From Craspedostauros australis (lineage: Eukaryota): a stretch of 64,000 nt of DNA. The notes below the pieces were generated by a model that did not search any database, was not told the origin of the DNA, and saw nothing but the letters and a program-made list of their open reading frames with translations. The stretch spans positions 1 through 64,000 of the forward strand of contig JALAGF010005488.1 of NCBI GenBank assembly GCA_030167865.1, written 5' to 3'. Shown one piece after another: positions 12,314 to 26,258 of this stretch; within the stretch, counting starts at the first letter, position 1; every line of letters starts with the position of its first letter. Position numbers and translations under genes: made by a program.

Positions 12314-14579
12314 TCAACCACGCTGTGCCTGACGCGCAAGCGCTGTGCCCCTCCTGTCTGTCCATGTGAACCCCTCGAATGCGTTGTCGCCCTTGCCATG
12401 GAGCTGAGACCTCTGGAGGCTGTGCGGGCTGGAGAATGGCATGTTCGTGAACTCCTTGTCGAACTGGCTGGTGTCCTGATCGCTCTTGATCTGTGGCACC
12501 CACGGTGGCTTGACGTCCCTCACCTTGAGCTTGTCCCAATCGATGGGGTTGAAGAATTCGTGCGCCTTGATTTCGTCGGCGTCACTCGGTCCGCTGCCGA
12601 GACGCTTCTTTGGATCCTTCGTGAGTAGACCCTTCAGGAGGGCCCGGGATGAGGACGACAAGGATCCGGGGTACTGCAGCTCGCGCTTGCGGATGTTGTC
12701 AAACAACCGATCTCGGTTTTCACAGTAGAATGGAGGGAGGCTGGTCAACATTTCGTACAGCAACGCACCGAGACTCCACCAATCGACAGCGAAGCCATGT
12801 CCCTTCCTGTCAAGGATTTCTGGAGACAGGTACTCTGGAGTGCCGCAGAAGCTGTAGGCGCCGCTGGAGCTGGAGGTGACACCCTCCTTGGACAGTCCGA
12901 AGTCGGTGAGCCGAATGTGGCCCTGGGCATCGAGGAGGACGTTCTCTGGTTTGAGATCGCGGTAGATGATGTCGAGGCTGTGGACGTAGCTGATGGCCAG
13001 GAGGATTTCGGCGGTGTAAAACCGGGCTCTGCTCTCGCTGAACTTGCCCACCTTCTGGAGGTGGAAGAAGAGCTCACCTCCTGCGCAGTAGTCGAGGACG
13101 AAGAAGAGCTTGGAGGAGGATTGGAACGCCATGTTCATCCCGACGATGAATGGATGCTTCACGTATCCCAGCACGCTGCGTTCCGTCTTCGTGTGCTCGA
13201 CTTGATTCCTGCGGATGATGTTATCCTTCTTCAGAACCTTCAATGCGTACGCATTGTGTGTCTTGAGCTCCTTGACGAGAAATACCTTGCCTGTGTGTGG
13301 CGGTGTTGTATGGCGTGATCGTTGTTGTCGTAAGTCATCACCAGAGATGGTTGGTGTTGCGGAAGAGGATAGAACAGGTACATCGCCATCACAGGATGAA
13401 TGAGAGTGTGCGGAGATGCGCAAGTGAGAAAGCGAAAGTGAGAGACAGGTCAAGACACATGTGAGCATGCGAGGATGAGATGAATCGTAAGAGAATGACA
13501 AACATGCAACATGCGAAATGGACCAAGCCACGCGCGTGCAGTGCAAACTCACCGAAGGAACCCTTTCCGATCACGCGAATGAGCTTGAAGGAGTCCAGCC
13601 TGGGGGCTGATTCTGGCCTGCTCATGGTGAAGCTGCTGTAGTCAACACCTTCTCCGGAAGGCATGCCCGCACTCTCCATGATGTTGCCGATCCCGCCACC
13701 GTGCGCCGAACCGGCATTTCCGGCTGCGATCGTGCCCAGTTCCAGTGCCGCCATCTCCTGCTTGCTCTGCTGAGCCTGCATCTGCCGCATGGCGCCCAAT
13801 TCAGCCTGCAGCTGCAGCGATTTTCCCAAGGTTTTTGCCCCCATGCTCTGGGCCAACGACCCTACGTCCTCCACCATCTCCACCTCGCGGGCCATGCGCA
13901 GGAAGTCTTCTTCGTCCTCCATGGTGACCTCCTCATCGATGGGCCTGTACCGTTCCTGACGATGGAAGTCGTCCTCGTCGTCCGTGTCGCCCTGGCCGAG
14001 GCTCGCGCCGTCGTCGTCGCCGCCGTCGAACATCTCATCCATCTCCATGTCGTCGAGATTCTGCGATCCGCCGTAGCCAGCTCCCGCCGACTGACCGGAG
14101 GAGCCGTACGGCTGGGACGTGGAGAGGACCGATCCATCGGGCGCGAAGCTCGTCCATGGGATTCCCTCGAACTGAGGCGGGATCATGTTGACGGCGTAGG
14201 TGAGGAAGTTGATGATGGCAGGCGAGCTGCGCACGCTCTCGTGGACGAGCAGTTCGTTGAGCCATTGCTGGAGGTCATTCCTCGCTCGCACCAGGCTGTT
14301 GATGTCGCCGCTGGCGGATGATGCGGCTTCCGTTCCGCCTGCTGTGTCGGTGCCGCTGCTACTCTGCGGGCACAGCGGCAGCTCGGGAACAACGTCCTGC
14401 AGAGCGTTGCCAATTGCTACGAAGTCGTCCTGCCCACGAATTACTGTCCACGATTGCGCAGGCTGTGTGACCGTAACGGCATGGACGAGGCCCGAACCAA
14501 CCGGCGCCGACGCGACGATCATCACCGTGTAGTTCGCCGCGCCGCCATTGTCACCTGCATCAGCTGTCTGTGAAGACAT
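12314..14579 (-). CDS. AGC-family Ser/Thr kinase (S6K/SGK-like) with N-terminal PX-like domain; exons 14579-13553, 13290-12314
   Basis: GKGSFG split by intron 13291-13552; YRDLKPEN, DFG, SFCGTPEY; AGC C-tail DTSQFDKEF and hydrophobic motif FEGFTW. Confidence 0.92.
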
Positions 14580-16778
14580 GGTGTGATGTGGATTGTGGAG
14601 CGTGCAATGAGAAGGAAGTGAAGGGAAATGAGGGACAGCGAAGCGGGAAGAAGAGAAGTTTGTGTGTGAGAGAGAGTTTGCGTGCATGCGCGCGTGTTCG
14701 TTTGTTTGTTGGTGTGCGTGGCCGAATGGATGTGTAAGTTTGTGTGCGAAGGGGGGTGGCAAAGATGATGTGTTCGGGTGAGCTGGTTTGATTGGGGCAA
14801 GGTTGTTGAGAGGCAAGGCGTGGTAGCCGCAGCAGCTGTTTGTGTGCGTCCAGGCGTGTGGGTGTGTGTCATTGTGGGATCCAGTGTCGCAGTTGTTGTT
14901 GCCGGTTGTGGGAGTGGACAACAGGCAGAAACAACGAGAGCAACAGCAACAGTAACAACAGAAGAGAGAGAAGAAGGCACTCGGTTGATGTGGTGTTGGG
15001 ACGACGAATGCCCAAGGCAACAGGGAGGCAGAAATCGTGATGGGACCCCTTGTGCACGACTGCAAAACGTCCAATGTGTCTGGTGGGTGAGGCTGTGTGT
15101 TGTGTTCTCGTAGAGCCCGCTTTTGACCTTTGTCGTGCTCTTCGTTGAGCAGTGGAGAATGATGACGGGTGTTCGTATGGCATCGCAAGGCAAGGTATGG
15201 AATGGCGTAGATGCGTTGATGGATACCAGATAGTTGGACATTTCGATGTCCATGTTCATGCCCATGTGCGAAGGGAAGCAGAAAGGACCCGCACGCCGAA
15301 GACCCTGGAATACGCGGAGCCATCAAGAGTGACAACCTTCCATTCGAGGGTCGCCGTCGAGAAGATCCAATGGATGGCAAGAAAATATACATGCAAGCCT
15401 CAGCTACTGTTGCCATTGCATGATCCTGCGATCATCCTTGCTTCCTCCCATTCGAACCTACCTGCTGCTGATCACCGGTGGAAGCCATGGTCGCGACGTT
15501 GGCGTTTGTGTTGCCGTCGTCGATGCCGTTGCGCGCTTCTCGTGCGCAATTGTGAGCACACCGCAGTTCTTCGAAGACGCGCCGAACGCCGCTGTGATCA
15601 CGATCACAAATCCGCAAAAACGCGATAGCAGCGCTGTTCCGAACCGTCATGCAAGTTCACACAGAGACAAGGTGTGAAGGGGACACGTCGCGTTCAGTGC
15701 CGGCACATCGGCAACGCCCATGTGGCTGCAATCAGGCCTGTCGTGTGCCGCTGCCACCTCGTCTCTCCCCAACTCACACAGACCCCCAAGCGAGGCAAAC
15801 AAGACGAACAGTTACGAGCTATTGTTGTGCTCTGGTACAAGAACCACCCACGATCTAACTACGCCTTTCCTGTGCCATGGCGTATTTGTGCCAGTGCTCT
15901 GCTGTCCCGTGTACAGTAGAGTAGATCGTATCTTTGCTGTGCCTGGGGTGGTGCCACCACGAGGTCTCGCATACCTCGAAAACACCACTCAGGCAAAAAT
16001 ACACGCTGACGAGGTCTCCCTGACGGTTACGCACATCGCGGCTGATCTGTGCATTGACAAAAACCCAAAGGACATCGCATTTCGCAACATGTCATCGACG
16101 AATGCCGGAAATAACCACTGGGAATCGCTCGGATGCCCAGTGATGGACAAGATGATCAATTATGCGTTAAACGCAATTCGGCACATGACAGTCAGAGACA
16201 GAGCGAACACACCGATCATGACGTCTGCGACTTCGTGTTTTCCGTTCCTCTTCTGTTTGTTGGGTACCATGCCAAATGGTACCTTCGCCTCCAATCCACA
16301 CTTGAATGTACAATTACACAATTCACTATGTATAGATATATTGCCGTAACCCCTAATCGTACTTCGGAAGGCCCTTTATTGCGACAGGAACGACTTGGAT
16401 CAAGAAGGAAACAACGCCACAATTCCGCCCCCAACACAACAACAACAGGAACCGCCACACCAAGCGCGTTGCATGTTGTGGCGACCAAATCAACGCAGAG
16501 TGAAGGTACCGTGCGTGCACACAGGCACAACAGCGTCGCATCTGCTTCACATGAACGCGTAACAAGACCGACATCACCCGCCAACATTCCACAAAAGGAA
16601 AACAAGGACGGTTCCAGGTCCCATCCGAGTAGAAAAGTAGTAGTCGTAGGAGCATTCGTACCCGCACATCAGGAACTTCTCGCATACCTGCTCATTCCCC
16701 GACAACCATATCAACAGCAACAGCAACAGCAAGAGTTGCAATAGAGTTTAAGCTCCAGTGCCCCAGCAGGCGACGGAG

Positions 16779-19372
16779 ATGACCGTGGAAGCAGAGACGG
16801 GAGCAGCGGCAATGATGGGTGGGGGCGCCACAGGTGCTATCGCATCGTCTGCCTCCGACCCCCAGCATCTTGCGGAGGTCCATGACAACGACAACGACAA
16901 CGATAGTGACGAATTCGTCACGGACCAGGAGCCGTCGAAGATCGAATCGGAGAACAGCACTGATGAAGGATCCGACTTGATCGCAGCTGGGCTAGCGAAC
17001 ATGCCTCGGATGCAACGACGAGGTGCCGTGACGTCCAACTTCGCGCCCTTCGATGAGAGCTACCATCCGGCGGCGTTGCATCTGTACAGCCCTCCTAGGC
17101 AGCGGCAGCGATGGGATGACAAGCAGATCCTGCCGCGCATCAATTGGGGTGACCTCTTCTTTGATTTGTTCTATGTTGCCGCAGCCTACAATGTGAGTAC
17201 GAATACTGTTGCTGCTGCTGCGTGCACATGGGTTGTATTCGTGTTATATTCGTGTTCCGCAATAAAACCAGGACTAGTATTAGTACTGGGACCAGAGTAC
17301 ATGGTATTCACAACATGTCAGTGCTCGGCACGGAAGATAATCATCATACACTGACAAAACACTCGCACTCCCTATGCACTCACACACACACACAAACGTA
17401 TTGGCCAACCCAACCGCTCATCTTTCAACCCATCATTCGAAATCCTCCGCAGACCTCCAACATCCTTGCCGAGGACCCCTCCGGCGAAGGTCTGCTCTAC
17501 GCCGCCGCCACCTTCTTCTCCGTCATGTTCGTATGGCAAGCACGGGTGTACTTCGACGGAGCCTTCGTGACCGGAGATGATCTCTGGCACCGATTGCAAG
17601 CTGTGATCGGCCTTTGCGCTATCGCTGGTGCAGTCGTCCACATCCGACCGGTCTCCATCATGTCCAAACCGGAGGAGAATTATGAAATGTTCGCATTCTG
17701 TGTCGCCATACTTGCTGGACGCGTCATTGGCACCATCCGCCAAATCGAACTATATTTCTTCGGCATCGGCGATGCGGCCATCAAGGTCGTCGCGGTCCGA
17801 ACTTGCATCTACAATTCAATTTCGATTGTCTTCCTTGCCGCCGCGGCGATCGTTTCTGGGATGGCGTTCTACGGAGACAATGATGACAGCGGCGACGACG
17901 GTGCTTACAGCGGTACCTCGAAGGCTGACGACTCAGGCTCTGGTAGCCACAGGTTTCTTGCCGGCGAGTCGGAGAAGGCGTACGGCGACAATGACGATGG
18001 ATCTACCAATCGCATCCCCATCTGGCTCGTGTTCTGGGCCTTCATCGTTCATTTCGGCGTATTCTCATTCCAGATCCTATTCTGCTTCCCCACCAACGGC
18101 CAGCACAAGAAACTCAGTGAGTCTTCCGAGTCTTCCAAACTCAATTGCATGGTGTCATACGTCCACGTCCATCTATGTTTCGCTCCTTGCTATCTGTGTT
18201 TCATACCATACGTGTGTGTGTGTGCTTAGGAACTTTACTCCGTTGAAACAAGACGGCCTTCATTCCGTGCTGTGCTCAGCGCGTGAGCTCACATCATACG
18301 CCCTTCTCCCAACTTTCTCTCTCTCTCCCATTCTTGCATAAATCCACTCTATTGTATTATTTACAACACTACGCCCCGCCTGCCATTGCCACCTCTCGCT
18401 TCTTTCTCAGTGGTTCCGACGAATGTCGATTTCACCATCCACCGCCATGGCGAATGGACCATGCTCATGTTGGGAGAATCCATTCTGAGCATCCTGATCG
18501 TGGATGTACCACACGAAAGCGGCGAGTATTTCGCGACGTTCTTTTGTGCTCTAATCACGGTCGCGCTGATACACAACCTCCACTTCCGTTCGCAGCCACA
18601 CGGCGCCGACGGACATGCCATGCGACGCAACAAGGATGCTGGGATTGCATTCACGTGGATTCAGTTCGTCTACTCATTGGCACTCGTTGCGCTGGGTGCG
18701 GCCTTCACCATCTTCCTCCTTTTCTTCTCGACTGACACAGGGCGGCGACTGGAGCTCGAGCCACCGACGTCGCAAAGGTTCCTGGCTGGCGGGTCGGAAT
18801 CCAAGTACGACCAGTACGAACTGAGGGAGCGAGGGGCCCACCTCTTCTCGATTTCCTTGGCGATCATCTTCTTCTCGCTCGACGTCACGAGTCTGTTGCA
18901 CATCGGCTTGGAGGATAGCAGGAAGCGTTGCGTGTGCCGCGAATCCAAGAAGAAAAATACGAAGGGATACCTCCTTCTGCTGACCCGCGCAGTCGTCATC
19001 GTCGTGGCGGCCACCTTGAGCTTCTGGCTGGAGGAGGTGGAGCAGCTGACAGAGGCCGGCATGGTGCTGTGCCTGCTCCAAATCACGCTGCGAGTGTTGG
19101 GCAACAAGTACTTTCCTGAACCTGCGGCGCGTGGACACGGACATGGACACGATCATGAAGGCGATCCTTATGAGAAAAACGATGCTCAGCAGCAGCCCTC
19201 TGAGGAGAAGGCAGAATCAATCAATTCGCCCTGGCAACATGCCGCGAAGCTCGTGGCATTGGTATACGACAGCGACGAGGACAACAGCAGCAGCAGCAAC
19301 GCCGATGATGTTGATGATGCCGATGCAAAGAACCTCGGCAGCATGGGTGGATCCGCTGAGCTCCAGGCGTAA
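16779..19372 (+). CDS. LtrA (low-temperature requirement A)-like polytopic membrane protein; exons 16779-17192, 17453-18116, 18411-19372
   Basis: WGDLFFDLFYV and RHGEWTMLMLGESI resemble LtrA signatures; about 12 hydrophobic segments; two GT-AG introns keep the frame. Confidence 0.75.
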
Positions 19373-19510
19373 TGGATCATTCCCAACCACGATGCGAGTA
19401 CTTAGACATGGTATGATGCTCAGCAAAGCTACTACTGGTACCCGTATGCTTGGAAGGATTAACAGCGAATGGAGTACTCGTATCCTGCGCTCGGTTCTGT
19501 GCGCATTTAG

Positions 19511-21287
19511 TCAAATAACTTTCATGTTGATACCTTGCTTGACCGATGATGTCGATGGAGAGGTGCTGTTCTGTTGCTTCCGTCTGTGTCGCTCGTACAC
19601 CAGCTTCAATTTCCCTTGCAGTGCTGCTCTCTTCTCGTCTTCATCGATTGATTGATTCGTTTGCAACGCCTTGCCGAAGAATTGAGGAATGAGGACCGCA
19701 TCGATCGTATCCAACATCAGCCTCTCGATCACTCTGCTGAGTCGATCTCCGGTCTGCTTGAAATCAGGACCGGGATTGACCTCGAGCAGATACACGCGCC
19801 AATCGACATCCACGATAAAGTCCAAGCCGTAATGCTCGAAGCATGACTCCAACGGCGCAAACACGCCAAACTCGCTTTCGTACGCCCGGAACAGTTCTCC
19901 CGTAATGTCCCTCATCTGTCGCTTGACGTCATCGATCCTCTCACATGCCTCCTGCGAGTTTCTGCAGGCCTTGCTCTTGAGCAGCATGGGAGCAATGGAC
20001 TCCCCATTCCAAACAAAGATGCACTCTTCTTCCTTGAAACCGGGATCGGCATCTTGGTAGGCGGTGTTGGTGATGTGCGCAAACAGGTTGTTCGTGTTGT
20101 CCTTGCTGTATTTGGATCCTGAGCACAGCACCAAGGTGTCATCGGAGAGGTACACGGACAAATCGCCAGCGGCCAGAGCGTATGCACGGATATGGAACTT
20201 TCGTCGTTGCAGCAGCAGCGGTGCGGAGATGTATCTTTGCAGGACCCTGTACGCACACACACCCAGAGTAGCATTTATGCGTTGTGAGAGAGCGCAAAAT
20301 GGAGGTTGTCGATTGTCAGCGAGTGCATCGTGGACGTCATAGTAATGGCTGCAACAATAGCAGCTGCATCATCAGTCTTCAAACGCAACAGAATTGCGCC
20401 CATCCACTCGTGTTGACTCACCATTCACGTATGTTCTCCTCGCTCCAGCAAATGTCCACGAGCTGTTCGTAGAGATGAATGATCTGAATGCCGCTCCCTT
20501 TATTGATGGTCGATGGTTTCAGAATCCACGTCGGTTCCATGTTGGAAGTCCCGTCGGCATACTCGTCTTCTGCCTTCTGCATTGCTCGTTTGGATTCGGC
20601 AAGACATTGCTCCAGTATCTCCCGCCGATTGATGCTGCCGCCGCTGCCACCACCACTCGTGGATGACGCCATGACGATATCAGCGAATCCTTCCTGCCGC
20701 GGACCCATGTCATCCTCGAACACGGCCCACGTATCGATGATGCAGGTTTGCGGCATGCAGGATCTGAGGATGCTGTCCGGATTCTTGCACACATGCCGGT
20801 GGGTGTGGAATGCCAGCTGGGCCTTGCGACTCAGACCCTTGCGCACGCAGTAGGACGATGCACCGTGCTTGCCTGCGAGGACGGCCGTCCAGTCGACGCG
20901 TTCGTATTCGGACCATTGGAAGTGGCAATGGTCGGGAAGTTCGACGGGTTCCATTCCTTCGCCCAGTCCCATCGTGGGCTGCTGGAAGAACTGTGATCGT
21001 GTCTGGAATGCCCTCTCCAGCACATCCCTCGAGTATTCGGCGTCGACGTCGAGATATACGGTGGCCTTGTCATTCTCGTCAGGCAGAGTTACGAACAGCG
21101 CTTCCACCGACTTTTGATGGGACGAACTGTCACCACCATCATCATTGTTGGTGCTTGTTCGCGACGATTGCTTGAATGATGATGGTTGGTGCCTATGATT
21201 CGTTGGGACCATGACATCGTCATGCTTTTCGTTTGCGTCGCCCAACACTGCGAACCTCGCTGTCTTGTGCAATCGCAATGACTTCAT
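19511..21287 (-). CDS. Tubulin-tyrosine ligase (TTL)-domain ATP-grasp protein; exons 21287-20422, 20246-19511
   Basis: WILKPS..NKGSGI, WVLQRYI..PLLL..RKFHIRAY, HITN, FEHYGLDF, LLEVNPGP; intron 20247-20421. Confidence 0.9.
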
Positions 21288-23150
21288 CGTTGCAGAAGCA
21301 GTGATTGCAGCAATTGAAGAATGTGGCGGACACGTCGGAGCGTTGGATTCGAATGGAGTCGAATGAACTTGAATAGAGTATGATACTATTCCATAGGAGG
21401 GCACTCCTTGATTGTCGTTCTGTTGTGTGTTGTGTGTGATGTGTGTGTTGCAAGGATGGATTGCCACAAGATCCAGGTCTCGATGTGCAGAAATGACCAA
21501 ACCACAAGGCAGAAAAATGAAGTGATGGCTCGTCGATTGGTTGGTGGATGGAGGAGAAGCACCAAATGCAACACCATTGAAGTAGACAGACCAAACACGA
21601 CTGGTTACTCACGAATTGAGCAGAATGCAACGACCTGCGCCACAGTCGTCAGACCATTCGGACACAGACGAGAAATGCGGCAAGCGATGCTCCTCAATGG
21701 CATCCACACTGCTCTATTACCATACAAGTGATCCCTCATCATGCTGTGCTGAGATTGCATTTCGTTGAGGTCTGTGCAGTGCCTAGCGTGATTATCATTA
21801 GTGTTTTCAGGCAAGTGCACTGTCCATCATCATCGTCTCAAAGATACCCAACATGCTAAGCTGACAAGCGCTCATCACACGGTCTTGGTGAGGATGTGTC
21901 TTGGTTGGCCGAGTCCGGATGGAGTGATTTGGAGGAAGCTGTTGATATCACCCCTGAAAGAACCTTGCATGACACCGGCCTCCGCCGCTGGTGCTGTTCC
22001 GAGGACCTTGCCCATCTTGCTGGCATCTCCGAACGCTGAATACATGCGCCGAACACGATGCATGATGCATAGCAGTATTTCGTATATTCGGAGGATGGAT
22101 TGTTGTGATACCCAGATTGGAAGTGAAATACGGAAGAGAGAGAGAGTTAGAAAGCGCATCGTGGAAGGATGAGATTTGCATCAGTTGACCAATTCGATGA
22201 AGCTCATCGAGCCATGCAAATAAGCCATCAAGCGAGTGAATGGGTAACCATCTGTCGAGAGGGCCTCTCTTGGAGCTTTTCTGGTTTCCAAAAGTCATAC
22301 TCGTAGCATCCCCATCCAAATCCATTCTGCGCAGTTGCGTGAGCAAAGGCGATTCTCCAATCAACTAATCCGTCGTTGCTTGTTTCACACGCACCAGGCT
22401 TGAACGGCATGCAGCTCTTCAGGAAGGTGTTTTGGAAGCTGTCATCCGATGGGATGGTGTCGCATGATGTCCACATGTACGAGCAGAGAGCACCAATGGA
22501 TGCGATCATTGTCGTGACGTAAATTCAATTTTAAAACAAGCAAAAAGGTATGGTGGTTAGTTCGGAATTCCTGAAAAACGAAAACGCAGAAATTGAGAGA
22601 ATCGCCAACAACCACATGGTGCGGCATACACGTAACAACCATCCAATGCAAATTGATGCCCGTTCATTTCGCAGCACCGTCCCAGCCTCTCAAGCGTCGA
22701 TGCAAATCAAGAGCATGGCACTCACCCCGTCAGGACCGTCTTGTTGGTCAACACGCGTGGGATCGTCATCTTGCGTTGGGTGGATAGGTACTTCGTTTTG
22801 TTTTGTGTTGTGTTGTCGCGTTGTTGTTTTGCTCTCTCCACTTTGTTCGGTTCGGTGTGCCGTTCTTGTTGTTGTCGATTTCGTCATCGTCAACCGCTCA
22901 CGACAACGGGAAATTTGACTAAACAGACTCAAAAGTCAATGAAACGAGAAACATAGACTGCCAGTCACGAGAGTAGAGATGGTGTGTTGAAACAAACATG
23001 TTGCAACCCAGTCAAGCGACAACACATGTACTCTTCGAGTACTCATGCTGAAAGCAGATCACACCATCGCAGCTGGAACGAAACACGTCAACAAATCTAC
23101 AAAACCGAATGCATCATGTTGTATTGTGGCGTTTACCTGATACGTCAGAT

Positions 23151-24849
23151 TCACTTCTCCGCCATCTCGACGTACGGTGTCTTGCCAGCCTCCTTGTCAT
23201 CGTCATCGTTATTGCTGCTGGCATGCTGCTTGCTGTCGACTCCTCTCGCCCCGTAGGTTTCCGGCATGCAAAGGCCGAAGATGAGAACGGGAATGACGGA
23301 GATCACCAACGAGCCGCTCAGACTGGCAACGTGTCCGAACTTTTCGACCGCCTGCTGTCCCAGGTAGTTTGACATCGTGCCGCCAAGGCCGAACATGGAC
23401 GCAGTGAGCCCCATGAGGACGTTGAAACGGCCGGTGCCGAATGTGATGTCGGCCACCAAGTAGGGATGGACGAGACCCAAGAAGCCACCGCCCACACCGT
23501 CGAGGATCTGCGTGGACAGGAGGAAGGATTCGCCGGCATCCTTCCAGTAGATGATCAACGCACATCTTATTGGGAGGCTGAATAAACCGATGAGGAATAG
23601 CGGCCTTCTGCCGACGCCCAAATGAGTCGCCCTGTCACCGGCCCACGTGGCGCCCGCCATCGTGATTTGTGCCAGTACGATCGCCCCCGCGATCAACGGG
23701 ATGGCGTTGCGACTTGGACCATCCTCGTCGTCATCGCCGTCACCCATCAGCTCACCCAATACAAGAAGCACGTTCGCATTGGCAAAGCTGCAGCATGCGG
23801 CGGAGTGGAGTAGAAGAAATTGGATTGAGCCAGAGATGTCCGTATGCGAAAGAACAAATGATGAGTGATGAGATGCGCTTTTGCATTGAAACATGTGGAG
23901 AGCAATAGAACGCGATTTACCAGGCATACCATACACTGATTGTGCACTCCACTACTCCGATCAAACAATCAACCGTGATAATTGAAGCAGGTTGCGCAAT
24001 CCATCGAGCATATAGTGCACATCACACAGACGACCATACAAGTCGCCGCACGTACTGAAAGAAGAATCCCGTGAGGCACAGAATGTAGGACCGCCGATCC
24101 GAAAAGACCTCCCAGTAGGTCGCGGCCGTCGGACTTGAATCATCCTGCTTGATCGTCGTCGTCGTGATTTCATTCTGCGATGTATCCTCCAAAGTCTCGA
24201 CGTGTCCGAATTCATCCAACGCCACCTTGCCGGCGAATCCGCGTCCCATCTGCGGGTCACCTTCGGGCAGGAATCGGACGAAGAGGACGGCGACGAGGGC
24301 GGACATTCCGATGACCAAGAAACAGAACTTGATGTCGGGGTATAGGAAGTAGGCCACGGCGCCCGCGAGGATGGCGGCGACGACCGATCCGATGTGTCCC
24401 CACAGGATGTTGCTGGCCATGACGGCATCGAAGTGGCGCGGACCGAATGTGGCCAAGGTGAGCGCCGCGAGGCAGGGGCCGATGAAGGACGAGGCCACGC
24501 CCTCGATGATCTTGGAGATGAAGATGAGGCCGTGATCCTGGTTGCCTTCCCGGACGAAGAAGATCATGGATGCCGATGCCGCGGTGGTGATGCTGGCGAC
24601 AACGAGGAAGAGGCGTCGGTCGATGGTGGTCTTGTCGACGAGATCTCCGGCCCACGTCTGCACGATGAGGGCCGTGAATCCCATGAGAGACAGCGCCGTT
24701 CCGACCGAACCCTCATTCCAACCGATGCCGACGAGGTAGATGCCCTGGAAGATGTTGAGGCCGTCTCCTAACTCACCCAGCGAGAATGAGACGAGCAAGA
24801 ATGCCACCGTCGGCGACAGCATCGACAGCGTGCTGGGGCGGTCTTCCAT
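23151..24849 (-). CDS. Major facilitator superfamily transporter (MFS_1 type); exons 24849-24056, 23787-23151
   Basis: Motif A-like GDLVDKTTIDRR and GVGRRP; about 12 TM segments; intron 23788-24055 joins FFH-FANA; DITFGTGRFN. Confidence 0.9.
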
Positions 24850-24883
24850 CGTGTCGCGCTGTGCTGTGTTGTGCTGTGCGATT

Positions 24884-24930
24884 GTTGGTGTGCGTTGGTG
24901 TGCGTTGGTGTGCGTTGGTGTGCGTTGGTG
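24884..24930. repeat. 10-bp tandem repeat (GTTGGTGTGC) x about 4.7, about 35 nt upstream of the MFS start codon
   Basis: Read directly from the sequence. Confidence 0.9.
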
Positions 24931-25600
24931 GGAGATCCTGCGAAGTTTGATGGATCTTCAGCCGAATGTCTTTGGTAGAGTAGTCGTCTGGTACGCTGCT
25001 GCTCCAGTTCACTACCAATGCCGATTGTGCTCGTGTCTTCCGATTCTCTTTTTGGTTGTGGTGTTGGTTGGATGTGCCGATGCGTGCTTCTTGTTGTTCT
25101 TCTTCTTTGTTGTTGGTTGTTGGTCATCGGTCGGCAATGACGAAGATCCATCACAACCAACGACACGAACGACACTAACGGCATCAACGGCATCAACGAC
25201 ACCAGCGGCACCAGCAGCACCAAAAGACGAACAACAAACAGCGAACGGATGAGTGGTGGGAACGCCGTTTGCATGTGTTCTTGGCACTGCAACCGACGCA
25301 ACACATTCGAAATGAGAAACGCAACGATCCACACAGAAATCTGACAGTCAACGAATAACGTCAAGATAACGTTTTGGTCGCCGGTCGTCCAGAATATGAT
25401 TTCGCACGATTGATTCGTGACTTAAGCGTCTATCCGTCCATCCGCGTGATATCTGTTCGATTCCCGAGTTGACGTTGTGGACACAAGATACAATGCTGAT
25501 GTCGTGAGGACATCAAAGTCTCGACAAATTGAAACCCCGAATTCGTATGAAACCTGCCGACAGGCACCTCTCAGATCCAAGGGAGAGAGGTGTCGGCACT

Positions 25601-25636
25601 GAGAGGCAGAGAGGCAGAGAGAGAGAGAGAGAGAGA
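25601..25636. repeat. GA-rich microsatellite in a divergent intergenic region
   Basis: gagaggcagagaggcagagagagagagagagagaga read directly. Confidence 0.85.
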
Positions 25637-26258
25637 AGTTGAAGCATCACGCAGAGTCAGCAACAGTGACAACAACAGTGTCAACAACAGTGACAGCAGC
25701 GAAGAGAGGTGAGAGAAACAAGTGCGACGCAGCCATCGCACGCGCAACATTTGTAGGTGCGTACAGTGTCCGACTATTGGCAGAGTTGGCAGTGATCATC
25801 GGCCAGTCAATCATCCAAGCTGCGGACGTCCAACTGAATCCATCACATCATTCAAACGGAGACGCTGTTCACACGTGGAACAGCTGAGCGATCAGAACAC
25901 GAACCCTGCCATCGCCTCAATTCGCAGTCCCTCTCTCTTGGATTCATCCATTCATTCATTCGATCCATCCAGCGGTGTCACGCATCCATCCATCACCTCA
26001 TTTCATTTCATTTCCAGTCTCATTGAAGTCTCATTGAAGAGCCACATCCCCTCTTCGTGCAATCCACACTTCGTCAAGTCGTCCATCGGAGTCACCTGTT
26101 GTTGCGTTTGCTTTGCGATTCTGCCGAATTCTGACGAGACCGTTCCATTCGAGTGAAGGCCACTGAAAGCACAGGCTCTGCATACTTCACATACATCTAC
26201 ACCAACATCTACACCAACAGCTACACCAACAGCTACATCTACTTGGCTGAGCTCCATC

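Noticed and set aside
14580..15416. N-terminal 279 aa of the 675-aa ORF upstream of the kinase
   Set aside because: Low-complexity, CA-rich UTR or promoter-like sequence; the protein-like sequence begins at MSSQTAD (14579).
15720..16744. ORFs of 209 aa and 203 aa upstream of the LtrA-like gene
   Set aside because: No motifs or clear coding bias; likely promoter or UTR sequence.
25430..25475. GTTCGATTCCC resembling a tRNA T-loop
   Set aside because: The flanks do not form a T-stem or cloverleaf.
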